Positions 14,001 to 20,990 of a stretch of DNA of 25,856 bases are shown here, piece by piece. This DNA is from a virus (Duplodnaviria; Caudoviricetes): the IMG/VR virus record IMGVR_UViG_3300037863_000023, positions 1-25,856 of that record; one strand, 5' to 3'. The first letter of the stretch is position 1. Each line of letters starts with the position of its first letter. A program made the translations under genes and the position numbers. Below the pieces are notes generated by a model, which had not been told where the DNA came from, did no database searches, and was given only the letters and a program-made list of their open reading frames with translations.

Positions 14001-16977
14001 TAAAGTATGCAAGAGTCTCATCTCCGTAGACTTCTTCGCCACGGGCAATATCTTCAGGCGGGATACGGCTCAGGGCCCGTTGAGCAATGTCACGATCCTG
14101 CGATTTTGCTTTGCCTGCTGCGATTTCTTGAATGCGTTTGATGGTGTTGTTGTACACACGCTCACCAAAGAGGCGCTTAAAGCCCATGTGCGCTCCAACT
14201 TCATGCAACGCAACAGCCATGGCTTGTCCCGCGGGGATTCCGTCCGCATACAGGGTGACGCGGGTGCCGTCGAAATACCCACCGATACCACCGTCGGGAT
14301 GCCGCGTCTCCAGCACTACGTTTCCACTTGCGATGGCGCGGCGCAAGGCGGAGGCCAGCACGCCCTTACCCTTGGCAATTTCCGCTTTAAGGCTGTCTAA
14401 CGACTGACCGTCGGCAACGGCTGCGGATGCACGACCCTTATTCTTGGGAGATTTTGTTTCCGGAGTCGCTTTAGCGTTATCTTTAGCCTGCCGGTCCGCA
14501 ATACGATTCAAAATAGCAAATGGGCTGCCTGTAGCCTGTTCAACTTCGGGGGCGGGCTTAGGCGTGGCTTTCGTAGGCTGATCAAACGTGGCGGTGGTCG
14601 ATGGGGCTCGGCGGGCGCGGTCGGATTTATCAACTTCGGCAAGCGCGGCAGCAACTTCCGCGGCGTCAGCTTTACGTTGCGCTTCGTCTAGTGCAGGTTG
14701 GCCGTCGACTTCAAGTGCATCTCTCTGGCTAACAGGCTGTCCAGTAGGTACCAGTCCGCGTCCGTCAGCAGGTGCAAGCTCTCCGGTACTGGGGTCTGCA
14801 ATTGCTCCGGGCTCCACTGTTCTTGGTGGGGCAAGCTCGCTAGGTACTCCCACGCTTGGCTTACCTCTTCGGCCTCTAATGGTCGGCTCAGTTGGAGTCG
14901 ATACGGTACTCGTGGATTGAACATTGGCGGCATCCTCCTGCGCAGCAACCTGCACGATTTCGTCTAAGACAACTTGCAGGCCTTTGGGGACTGAAGTCAT
15001 GATTGTCGAATCGGCCTCCAGCATGTCGCGCACTTGTTGGGGCGTGCGGCCCTGAATGTTGTTTACCAGCCACTGTCGGTTCGCTTTCGACATTACGTTG
15101 AACGTCCGGACGTTCTCCGCGGTGATCGCATCGGGTTGCGCAAGATCCGCAGGGGCAGACTCAACTACCGGCAGGGGAGAAATAGCCGTCGCTGGGACGG
15201 GGGCCGTAGCGCGTATCGGGGACGTAGGCTGGCCCGCAGGGGTTTTGCGAAGGCCCAGTCTTTGTTGGCCCGCGGCTTCTAGCTCACGGCGCGTCGGGGC
15301 AAGACCAAGCTCGTTCAGCTTTGCTGTCGTCGCTGGTAGCTCGTTGTCAATAGCGTCTCGTAAACCGAGCGGTGGCTGCTCTTTCGGGGGCCTTACGGGA
15401 TTCCCAAGCAAGTCCAACTCCGTCCGTGGAGGCAGGGGGCCGTCAAGCAGCGTGGCGCGAAACTCCGGTTGTATGGGAGCCGCGCTTGCAAATACCTGAG
15501 CGGCTTTCTCCGCCGGAAATCCAGCCTTCCTTGCCGCGGCAATCTGCACTCCTTGCATACGAAGTATCTCGTTGGGTATGCGATAATCTTCCGCTAAAAT
15601 ATCCGCCATGCGTTGTCGAATAGTTTGAATGCGCCCGCGTACTTCCGCAGTTTTGCGAACAGGCTCCAAGGACGCCAGCTCCGTTGCTAACACGCCGTAG
15701 CGGTCGGTACGCTTCATTACATCGCTGTAATCAGCAGGAAACGCTTCTTTCAATTCAGCTTCACGTTCAGTACGCAGGCGGGTGTACTCTTCCTGCATAG
15801 TTTGTTGCGCTGCGGCCTCTTGCTCTTTCGCAAGGACGGCGGCTTCTTTGGCTTCTGCATCTAAAATCTTTTCGCCTTCTCGCGAGAAGGCTCCCTGCGA
15901 TGCGAGGCGTTGTTCGTCTTGAAGCTGAAGTCGGCGCGCTTGCGTTGCCGCCTCTATGTCTGTGGGAGATCCGGGGGTTCCAGCCACTGCGCCCGATGTT
16001 GGAGGTTGCGCGGATGGACCACGGAATGCACCAATGGGGCCTGCAGCCAGCGCCCCGGTTAAACCTTCTTGCGTTGCTTGTCCTGCTACGCCTTGGAACG
16101 TCGGAACATCGTAGCCTTCACGCTGCAACGCCAAGTTAGACGCCAACCGCTCTTGGCCACCTTGCGGGGCTTCAGTAATAGACTCTTCTAATGCAGCCCG
16201 ACCAACACGCCGCGCCATTCCGGGGGCGGCAGCCGCAGCGCCTTTGGGGGTCAGCAGACGTTCAATACCGCTACCCCCGGCCACGCGACCAATTAAACCC
16301 GCAAGGGCCATCTGGTCGATATTTTTGCCAGTGTAATCTTGCGCTGCCATGGCTTTGGCGCGGGCTTCGGCTTCTGGCACGCCTGATTCACGCTCTTTCT
16401 CATACACCGTGTCGTAAATTGAGCCCTTGACCGCGCCGATCCCCTGCACGGTACTCATAATTTTCGGGGCAGAATTTGCAACTGCACCTAGAGCGGCCAC
16501 AGTTCTTGCGCCAAGGCCAAGCACGGCTCCGACGGGTCCGAGAAGCATGGCGGGTATATACGGAACGAACGAACCAACGCCTTGTGCGATGGTCTGCAGG
16601 GGGGCTTCGGCAATGCTACGTGCGCCCGCTTTAATTTCCTCGAACATACTGCCCGAGGCTTCGGCCTGCTTCATCCTCGCAGCCTGCGCTTGCATTTCCG
16701 CTTGGCGGGCCGGAGAGTACTGCGCCTGTACGGCTTCGCTCTTAGCGCCCAGCGCTCTAGAGGCTACGTTATCAGCACCCGCAAAGTCGATCAGCGCTTT
16801 GGTAGACCCAATAGCCCCCGATGTAAATGCAGTAGCAATGTCGCCTAAGCCGCTTGTGTTTTGTTTAGGTGCGACTTCGCCGAGTATCCGTTTTACCGTA
16901 GACTGGATAACACTTGGATCTGTGCCGTCTGGAAATGTGAGAATTCGTCCATCGGCTAGTCGTGCGCTTACAGTCAT
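11017..16977 (-). CDS. Large internal virion/ejection polyvalent protein with zincin-like and LPD38-like domains
   Basis: 1986 aa. GGYFDG...VALHEVGAHMG...DETLAY zincin-like motif. C-terminal LPVPRELG...ENMTNYSFFG...SPIKIDNLIRG resembles LPD38. Last gene of the late arm. Confidence 0.8.
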   Translation of the reverse strand: MTVSARLADGRILTFPDGTDPSVIQSTVKRILGEVAPKQNTSGLGDIATAFTSGAIGSTKALIDFAGADNVASRALGAKSEAVQAQYSPARQAEMQAQAARMKQAEASGSMFEEIKAGARSIAEAPLQTIAQGVGSFVPYIPAMLLGPVGAVLGLGARTVAALGAVANSAPKIMSTVQGIGAVKGSIYDTVYEKERESGVPEAEARAKAMAAQDYTGKNIDQMALAGLIGRVAGGSGIERLLTPKGAAAAAPGMARRVGRAALEESITEAPQGGQERLASNLALQREGYDVPTFQGVAGQATQEGLTGALAAGPIGAFRGPSAQPPTSGAVAGTPGSPTDIEAATQARRLQLQDEQRLASQGAFSREGEKILDAEAKEAAVLAKEQEAAAQQTMQEEYTRLRTEREAELKEAFPADYSDVMKRTDRYGVLATELASLEPVRKTAEVRGRIQTIRQRMADILAEDYRIPNEILRMQGVQIAAARKAGFPAEKAAQVFASAAPIQPEFRATLLDGPLPPRTELDLLGNPVRPPKEQPPLGLRDAIDNELPATTAKLNELGLAPTRRELEAAGQQRLGLRKTPAGQPTSPIRATAPVPATAISPLPVVESAPADLAQPDAITAENVRTFNVMSKANRQWLVNNIQGRTPQQVRDMLEADSTIMTSVPKGLQVVLDEIVQVAAQEDAANVQSTSTVSTPTEPTIRGRRGKPSVGVPSELAPPRTVEPGAIADPSTGELAPADGRGLVPTGQPVSQRDALEVDGQPALDEAQRKADAAEVAAALAEVDKSDRARRAPSTTATFDQPTKATPKPAPEVEQATGSPFAILNRIADRQAKDNAKATPETKSPKNKGRASAAVADGQSLDSLKAEIAKGKGVLASALRRAIASGNVVLETRHPDGGIGGYFDGTRVTLYADGIPAGQAMAVALHEVGAHMGFKRLFGERVYNNTIKRIQEIAAGKAKSQDRDIAQRALSRIPPEDIARGEEVYGDETLAYFIEEVLLAQQAGTLPNTGAVRSLLNNIRLAMLAAINRVFGSRLGIADLTSNDILSMAQGAFLRESFGATKPSTTKPSAATPSDVGRTSKTAETILGVDALDPAMQASIDAIQAAMPKLESSVSNNVIEQGLKGVADARKKSGIFTTFRQATVDKFSTVESKVSQMFSQGVRDSFGNLNPMVLARQAEDSARIILDFFRTGGIELTKAGVVSTRQNDQSIASALTKVAALGRASNMTYEKAKEYVSTVFEGHRLASLRDYNNTLEQEAVSLEGLNQNKAADDKRGEKIVLHMTNAEINTLEAVYQKSKAVQNIQADLNATRTQAIDFMISTGRISAEQGGFWKENAAYVPFSRVFEDAPVSKVKRGGGLGVLRNIPEMKGSLGRPVQNVLDAYASRLGSMIEESMKNHAAVNLLSTMELGGYAKKLQGLEQATNKNLVVPKLYVDGKPVFFEVQNEYDLLAFQQAPEITNWLIKGLTATSRVLRTSVTAMPPFALKQVIDDAQRAMFTSGVARPLVVGMKTLHNLPRTFFGELTGRKSPLVRQLEAAGVIGDFDSNVFQPTTELEAEIGAKKRGAGRQLLHRLEQFTKASDLSARLAVYEETLLDTGGKKQPDGDITGGDAVLAQTRARELINFSRRGTSSSMRMAAQVIPFFNAYAQGMDVLYRAASGIDSTSSVERSAARKLFWSRVALMSAMSTLYALSMSDDEGYKSASEDVRDNNWILPGGVKLPVPRELGFIFKSIPERTVEYYQRYGTAEEQSILQAIGGVSKVALSAYGSPNAIPSLVRPILENMTNYSFFGQRALEPASVQGQEAGFRSTSSTSELAKALGESTNISPIKIDNLIRGMFGMMGATTLLATDALINPTRPDRPLYQMPFASIFLYDTIGGKAKTEFYDLRTKVATAVNTYNALETKDPEKAAAYGEKNAALLGAAPTVNSYLSQLNDLGRMRRLLEQGTEEALGMTGTERRKEIDEIRRAENELVSFVREMEADLRKL

Positions 16978-16985
16978 ACAGATCC

Positions 16986-18851
16986 TTATTTGACGAGGTT
17001 CCCCTGCGCGTCAAAAGTTAGTACAGTTCCGTCCGGGGAGGGTGTGCCTATTGTACCGCCTGCAAGCAGTATGTTGACATCATCAAGTTTTCGTTGCAGT
17101 GCAACGCGTTTGTCGAGCGTAGTGGCGAGTTTAATTTGACCTTGTATGTTTTTAGCCTGCGCTTTAAGTGCGTCCATGTCTAGGCGTCGTTCGGCCAGAC
17201 CCAGCCGATTTGACATGCCCTCCGCAGCAAGTTTTGCGGTTATGACCGCATTTGTGCGGTTGAGTGCATTTTCTCCTGCTTGAAATTGCTTATATCTTTC
17301 TGCCGCGTCGACATTCATTTGGCTAGTTACAGCGGCACGGATATCATCCCGTTTCCGTCCAGTTGCTTCGGCCATCCCGGCAGTAATATCTCGCTTGCCT
17401 GCAACAAGGGTATCGCGGATGCCTCTTTCCTCGGCCCGAACTTCTCGTTTATTCATGGAGGACTGGTTCTGGCGCAACTCTTCCGTGCGATCACGTGCTT
17501 CGTCCAGTTTTTCCTGAGCAGTTTTAATCTTGTCGATACCAGCAGCGTACGCTTTAGTGCCCACGCCAGCGCCTTGAGCGATACCTGCAAGGCCGCGACC
17601 TTTTGACTGCATCATGGCTAGACCTGCCTCAAGGAACGCCATGCCTGTGTTAGTTCCTTTCGACTTCTCCAGCTCGCCTTCTCGCTTAGCTGCACGCTCG
17701 TCCCGACCTTTGAACATCGTGGACATATCCAATTCTTGGTCGGCTTGGAGTTGCGCTAACCCCTCTCGACGGCCCTTGACATCCATTTCAGTGGTGGAGC
17801 GTCGCCGCTCCTCAAGGGGGTCAACCGCGCCGCCATAACGCTCTTCCATTTCTCTTTGCAATGTCATGAAGTCTTTAGCAGGCGGCGTAGGGGCAGCCGC
17901 AGGAGCGCGAGGCGCGAGAAGATTTTTGATACCCGCGTCCGCACCAGCACCAGCACCAGCACCAGCACCAGCACCAGCACCAGCACCAGCACCAGCACCA
18001 GCACCAGCACCAGCACCAGCACCAGCACCAGCACCAGCACCGGGGGAGCCCATTGCGCGAGTGTATGTTTGCGTCGTAGGCTGTTCACCCGTCATCGGCG
18101 GTGTACCTGCGGGAGCTTGGGCTTCCCCCATCTGCAAGCGGTCCATATATGGGGTCATACTAGCGCTGTTTCCCCCAAAGACACTTTCCGGAATTGGGGG
18201 GATGCTATCGAGCCCAAGAAACCGCCCTACACGCGTGTCCCCGGCACTCTGCATAACCATATTCGCCGCGCCCAGAACACCTCGCAGTGGCAGGGTGGTT
18301 CGGTCAGCTCCGGCGGCAGCAAGTTTTCTAAGTGTTTGCGCTACGGCGGCTCGATCGCCCGTTCGCTGAGCTTCTTGCAACCGAGCGAGATCCGCAGGAT
18401 CTACCCCCTGTGCTAAGCGTTGGCGCTCGTCGGGGGGTAGCCCAAAGTTCGAATCGTAGATGCTGCCTTTTTCTTGCATTTGCCGCGCAGCGCGTGCGTT
18501 TAGCCCGCCATCAGCAAACGAAATGATGCCCCCTTCAGCAAAGTTCATGTTGCCTGCGGGGAGCTGGGCGATACCGGTATCTTCCGGCATGGCTTGGGCC
18601 TGCCCTTGGGGCATCTGGGGTTGCATCTGGGGCTGTGGGCTCATACCGGCTACGGCTTGGTCGACCACTTTCGGCTGGGGCTGCATACCTTGAGCGCCTT
18701 GACTTGCGGAGCGCATCTGCTTGCGGCGATTGGACTCGGACAGGGCTAAAGACACCGTGTATGGGTCGTTCTTGTGCATCGCAGCATACTGCTGCAAGGC
18801 TTGGTCTGGCATCTTGGCCAGCTGCGACGTGATTTGGTTGACGTTAATCAT
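16986..18851 (-). CDS. Putative internal virion/ejection protein (621 aa) with Gly-Ala repeat
   Basis: Helical/coiled-coil composition, FLEAGLAMM...GLAGIAQGAGVG hydrophobic segment, FAEGG and FADGG motifs, position upstream of the large protein. Confidence 0.7.
   Translation of the reverse strand: MINVNQITSQLAKMPDQALQQYAAMHKNDPYTVSLALSESNRRKQMRSASQGAQGMQPQPKVVDQAVAGMSPQPQMQPQMPQGQAQAMPEDTGIAQLPAGNMNFAEGGIISFADGGLNARAARQMQEKGSIYDSNFGLPPDERQRLAQGVDPADLARLQEAQRTGDRAAVAQTLRKLAAAGADRTTLPLRGVLGAANMVMQSAGDTRVGRFLGLDSIPPIPESVFGGNSASMTPYMDRLQMGEAQAPAGTPPMTGEQPTTQTYTRAMGSPGAGAGAGAGAGAGAGAGAGAGAGAGAGAGAGAGADAGIKNLLAPRAPAAAPTPPAKDFMTLQREMEERYGGAVDPLEERRRSTTEMDVKGRREGLAQLQADQELDMSTMFKGRDERAAKREGELEKSKGTNTGMAFLEAGLAMMQSKGRGLAGIAQGAGVGTKAYAAGIDKIKTAQEKLDEARDRTEELRQNQSSMNKREVRAEERGIRDTLVAGKRDITAGMAEATGRKRDDIRAAVTSQMNVDAAERYKQFQAGENALNRTNAVITAKLAAEGMSNRLGLAERRLDMDALKAQAKNIQGQIKLATTLDKRVALQRKLDDVNILLAGGTIGTPSPDGTVLTFDAQGNLVK
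17941..18041. repeat. Perfect hexanucleotide microsatellite (GCACCA)16 plus partial unit, encoding about (Gly-Ala)17
   Basis: Directly visible. All units use the same codons GGT GCT on the coding strand. Confidence 0.97.
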
Positions 18852-18859
18852 GTGAGTCC

Positions 18860-20551
18860 TTACGCCATACGTGAGATTGCCAACTCAGCCAAACCTGCTG
18901 GGCGTTGAGCGTCGTTTACCGAGCCGCCTTCGGCCATCAATTTGCTCGCGCCGTACGCTGCCGTGCCGAGACCTGCAAGCTGAGACACCATTGAAGGCGG
19001 CTGCTGATACATCTGCGACGAGGACTGCGATAAAGGCAAGCCGCGCACCATATCGGACATGAACCCAAGCTGCTTGTACGGGTAGTTCTGCTGGTTCAAG
19101 AAGTCCTGATACTGCTGCGACATGATGTTCTGGTTTTGCTGCTGCTGCTGAGTTCCGTATGCCTGCTGTAGCTTATTGACGTCCATGCCCTGTGCGAATT
19201 GCTGGCCGCCCAGCGTACCCAGTTGACCCGCGCCTTGAATGGCTGTGCTGAGTCCTTGCAAACCGAGACCCGCGCCGTATTGCCTAGATTGTTCCGCGAG
19301 TTGTTGTGCAGACTGCCCGTACTGAGCACCCATTTCGGCTTGACGTGCAGCTTGACTGGCACCGAACTGGCTCGATGCTTCTTGGGCTTGCTGCGCTGAC
19401 ATCCCGTATTGCGCTTGCAGTTGCGCAGCGGTTAGTCCTTGGCCCGCACCATATTGACGAGATTGTTCCGCGAGTTGTTGTGCAGACTGCCCGTACTGTG
19501 CCGCGTTTTGTGCGCCTGTCATTCCATAGCCCGCGCCGTATTGACGAGACTGCTCTGCCAACTGTTGCGCAGACTGCAAGGCTTGCTGATTGGCCATCTG
19601 CGCTTGCAGAGACTGCCCCGCGCCGAGCTGCTGTATGCCTAGCTGCGACTGGAGATTAGCTTGACCCGTAGTAAGCCCGGCCTGTTGATTCGACTGCTGC
19701 GCCTGCATGCGTGCGGCTTGCTCTGCGTTGAATTGCTGCTGTGCCTGCTGATACGCAGCTTGAGAACCCGTGGCCTGAATATCGCCCTTCTGGGTAGCCA
19801 GATTACGCGCTGCTTCCGCATCCATGATGGCCTGTCGGGAACCCCCGAACGCGCCCGATTGTGTTGCTTGCGCACCACGCTGTGTGGTGGCTATGTCGGC
19901 AGTGCGTTGGGCTTCCCGTTGTTGCATGCCAACAACACTCTGCATGTACGGAGACATGTACGCGTCTGCCGAGCCGGGAGCTGCAAAACTCTGTGTCTCA
20001 ACTTGCTGCGCTGGCCCCATACTGTATTGCTGAAGACTCGGCGCTTGCGCTTGGTACATTGCCACTTGCGACGGGTCATACTGGCCGGGCGCTTGAAACT
20101 GGTTCTGGAACTGCCCGCCTTGGTATTGTTCCGGTGCATCAAAGGAGTTTGAAAACTGGCTGCCTTGGTAAGGTGTGGACCCTTGAAACTGGTTCTGGAA
20201 CTGCCCCCCTTGGTAGTTTGTGCTCAGCGCACCTAGACCTGCAGCACCTGCAAGGCTAGCACCAAATCCCGTGGCTCCAGAAGTCTGCATCCCCTGAGCG
20301 CCTTGGAAAGCCTGCTGCTGCATTGGGGTAAACCCTGCAGTGCGCTCCCGATCGTACGTCTGGTATGGGGTATTGGACAGCGCCTCGGTCTTGCCGAGCA
20401 TGGTCTCTACATACGGCTTAGCGTAATCCGGGATGCTGGTATTCGTTACGGTCTGGTCTGTTGGTGCAGGAGCAGCGTCGCCACCGCTGTCCATAAAATA
20501 AAGACGCACGCCGTCTTGGGCATACCCGCTGTGCTTATTTGGAATCAACAT
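18860..20551 (-). CDS. Putative DNA transfer/ejection protein, Gln/Ala/Gly-rich
   Basis: AAGGAG SD. YMSPYMQSVV, GAFGGSRQAI, QQYQDFLNQQNYPYKQL and C-terminal QLAGLGTAAYG typical of podoviral pilot/transfer proteins. Confidence 0.75.
   Translation of the reverse strand: MLIPNKHSGYAQDGVRLYFMDSGGDAAPAPTDQTVTNTSIPDYAKPYVETMLGKTEALSNTPYQTYDRERTAGFTPMQQQAFQGAQGMQTSGATGFGASLAGAAGLGALSTNYQGGQFQNQFQGSTPYQGSQFSNSFDAPEQYQGGQFQNQFQAPGQYDPSQVAMYQAQAPSLQQYSMGPAQQVETQSFAAPGSADAYMSPYMQSVVGMQQREAQRTADIATTQRGAQATQSGAFGGSRQAIMDAEAARNLATQKGDIQATGSQAAYQQAQQQFNAEQAARMQAQQSNQQAGLTTGQANLQSQLGIQQLGAGQSLQAQMANQQALQSAQQLAEQSRQYGAGYGMTGAQNAAQYGQSAQQLAEQSRQYGAGQGLTAAQLQAQYGMSAQQAQEASSQFGASQAARQAEMGAQYGQSAQQLAEQSRQYGAGLGLQGLSTAIQGAGQLGTLGGQQFAQGMDVNKLQQAYGTQQQQQNQNIMSQQYQDFLNQQNYPYKQLGFMSDMVRGLPLSQSSSQMYQQPPSMVSQLAGLGTAAYGASKLMAEGGSVNDAQRPAGLAELAISRMA
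19270..19580 (-). repeat. Internal protein repeats (QSAQQLAEQSRQYGAG x3 plus a degenerate copy)
   Basis: Near-identical DNA AGATTGTTCCGCGAGTTGTTGTGCAGACTGCCCGTACTG near 19286 and 19460, with a diverged third copy near 19545. Confidence 0.85.
20092..20215 (-). repeat. Internal repeats YQGGQFQNQFQ x2 with an intervening YQGSQFSNSF
   Basis: CTTGAAACTGGTTCTGGAACTGCCC occurs at about 20092 and 20182, 90 nt apart. Confidence 0.85.
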
Positions 20552-20990
20552 CTAGGTGCTCCTTGCGGTAGTCGTCAAACCGCTCATAAAACATGGCCTT
20601 CCACACATCGGGAAGGATTTCTTTGGCTTTTTCTGGGCCCACGCAAACAGTAACGGCGTAAGCAACTATGTGCCCTGCAGCGTAACGCAGGGAGTGCGCA
20701 ATCTCAAGCCCGTGCGGATCTTTGTTTCGCTCAAACGTATTAGCGGTTTCGTATGCGGAAACTACCATCATCCACATGGGCAGCACTTGGTCTTGGATTT
20801 GCCGGTAAAACGGATTCGCTGGCAGGTACACCAAGCAGGTTAAGAACGCCTGATTCGTGGTGTTCTCCGATACGTCCTTGTCCCCATCAACAAGATCGTC
20901 CCACGCATGCGCAAGGCTGACCAGAGCACGGTACATGTTCAAGGCGTCTTGATTGCCCCCGAACCACTCTAGTTTGCCTGCGTCTTTCAT
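20535..20990 (-). CDS. DDxxD-motif helical protein, isoprenoid synthase/prenyltransferase-like
   Basis: LAHAWDDLVDGD aspartate-rich motif (20886-20900) in a predicted all-helical 151-aa protein. ATGA coupling upstream and 17-nt overlap downstream. Confidence 0.65.
   Translation of the reverse strand: MKDAGKLEWFGGNQDALNMYRALVSLAHAWDDLVDGDKDVSENTTNQAFLTCLVYLPANPFYRQIQDQVLPMWMMVVSAYETANTFERNKDPHGLEIAHSLRYAAGHIVAYAVTVCVGPEKAKEILPDVWKAMFYERFDDYRKEHLDVDSK

Noticed and set aside
17856-18416. ORFs with poly-(TS), poly-(AP) and poly-(VL) tracts
   Set aside because: They are alternative-frame readings of the GCACCA microsatellite inside the 621-aa gene.
19270-20215. Spaced direct repeats as a CRISPR array or DGR template/variable repeats
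   Set aside because: Repeats are in frame, encode peptide repeats, differ mostly at synonymous sites, and no reverse transcriptase is present.
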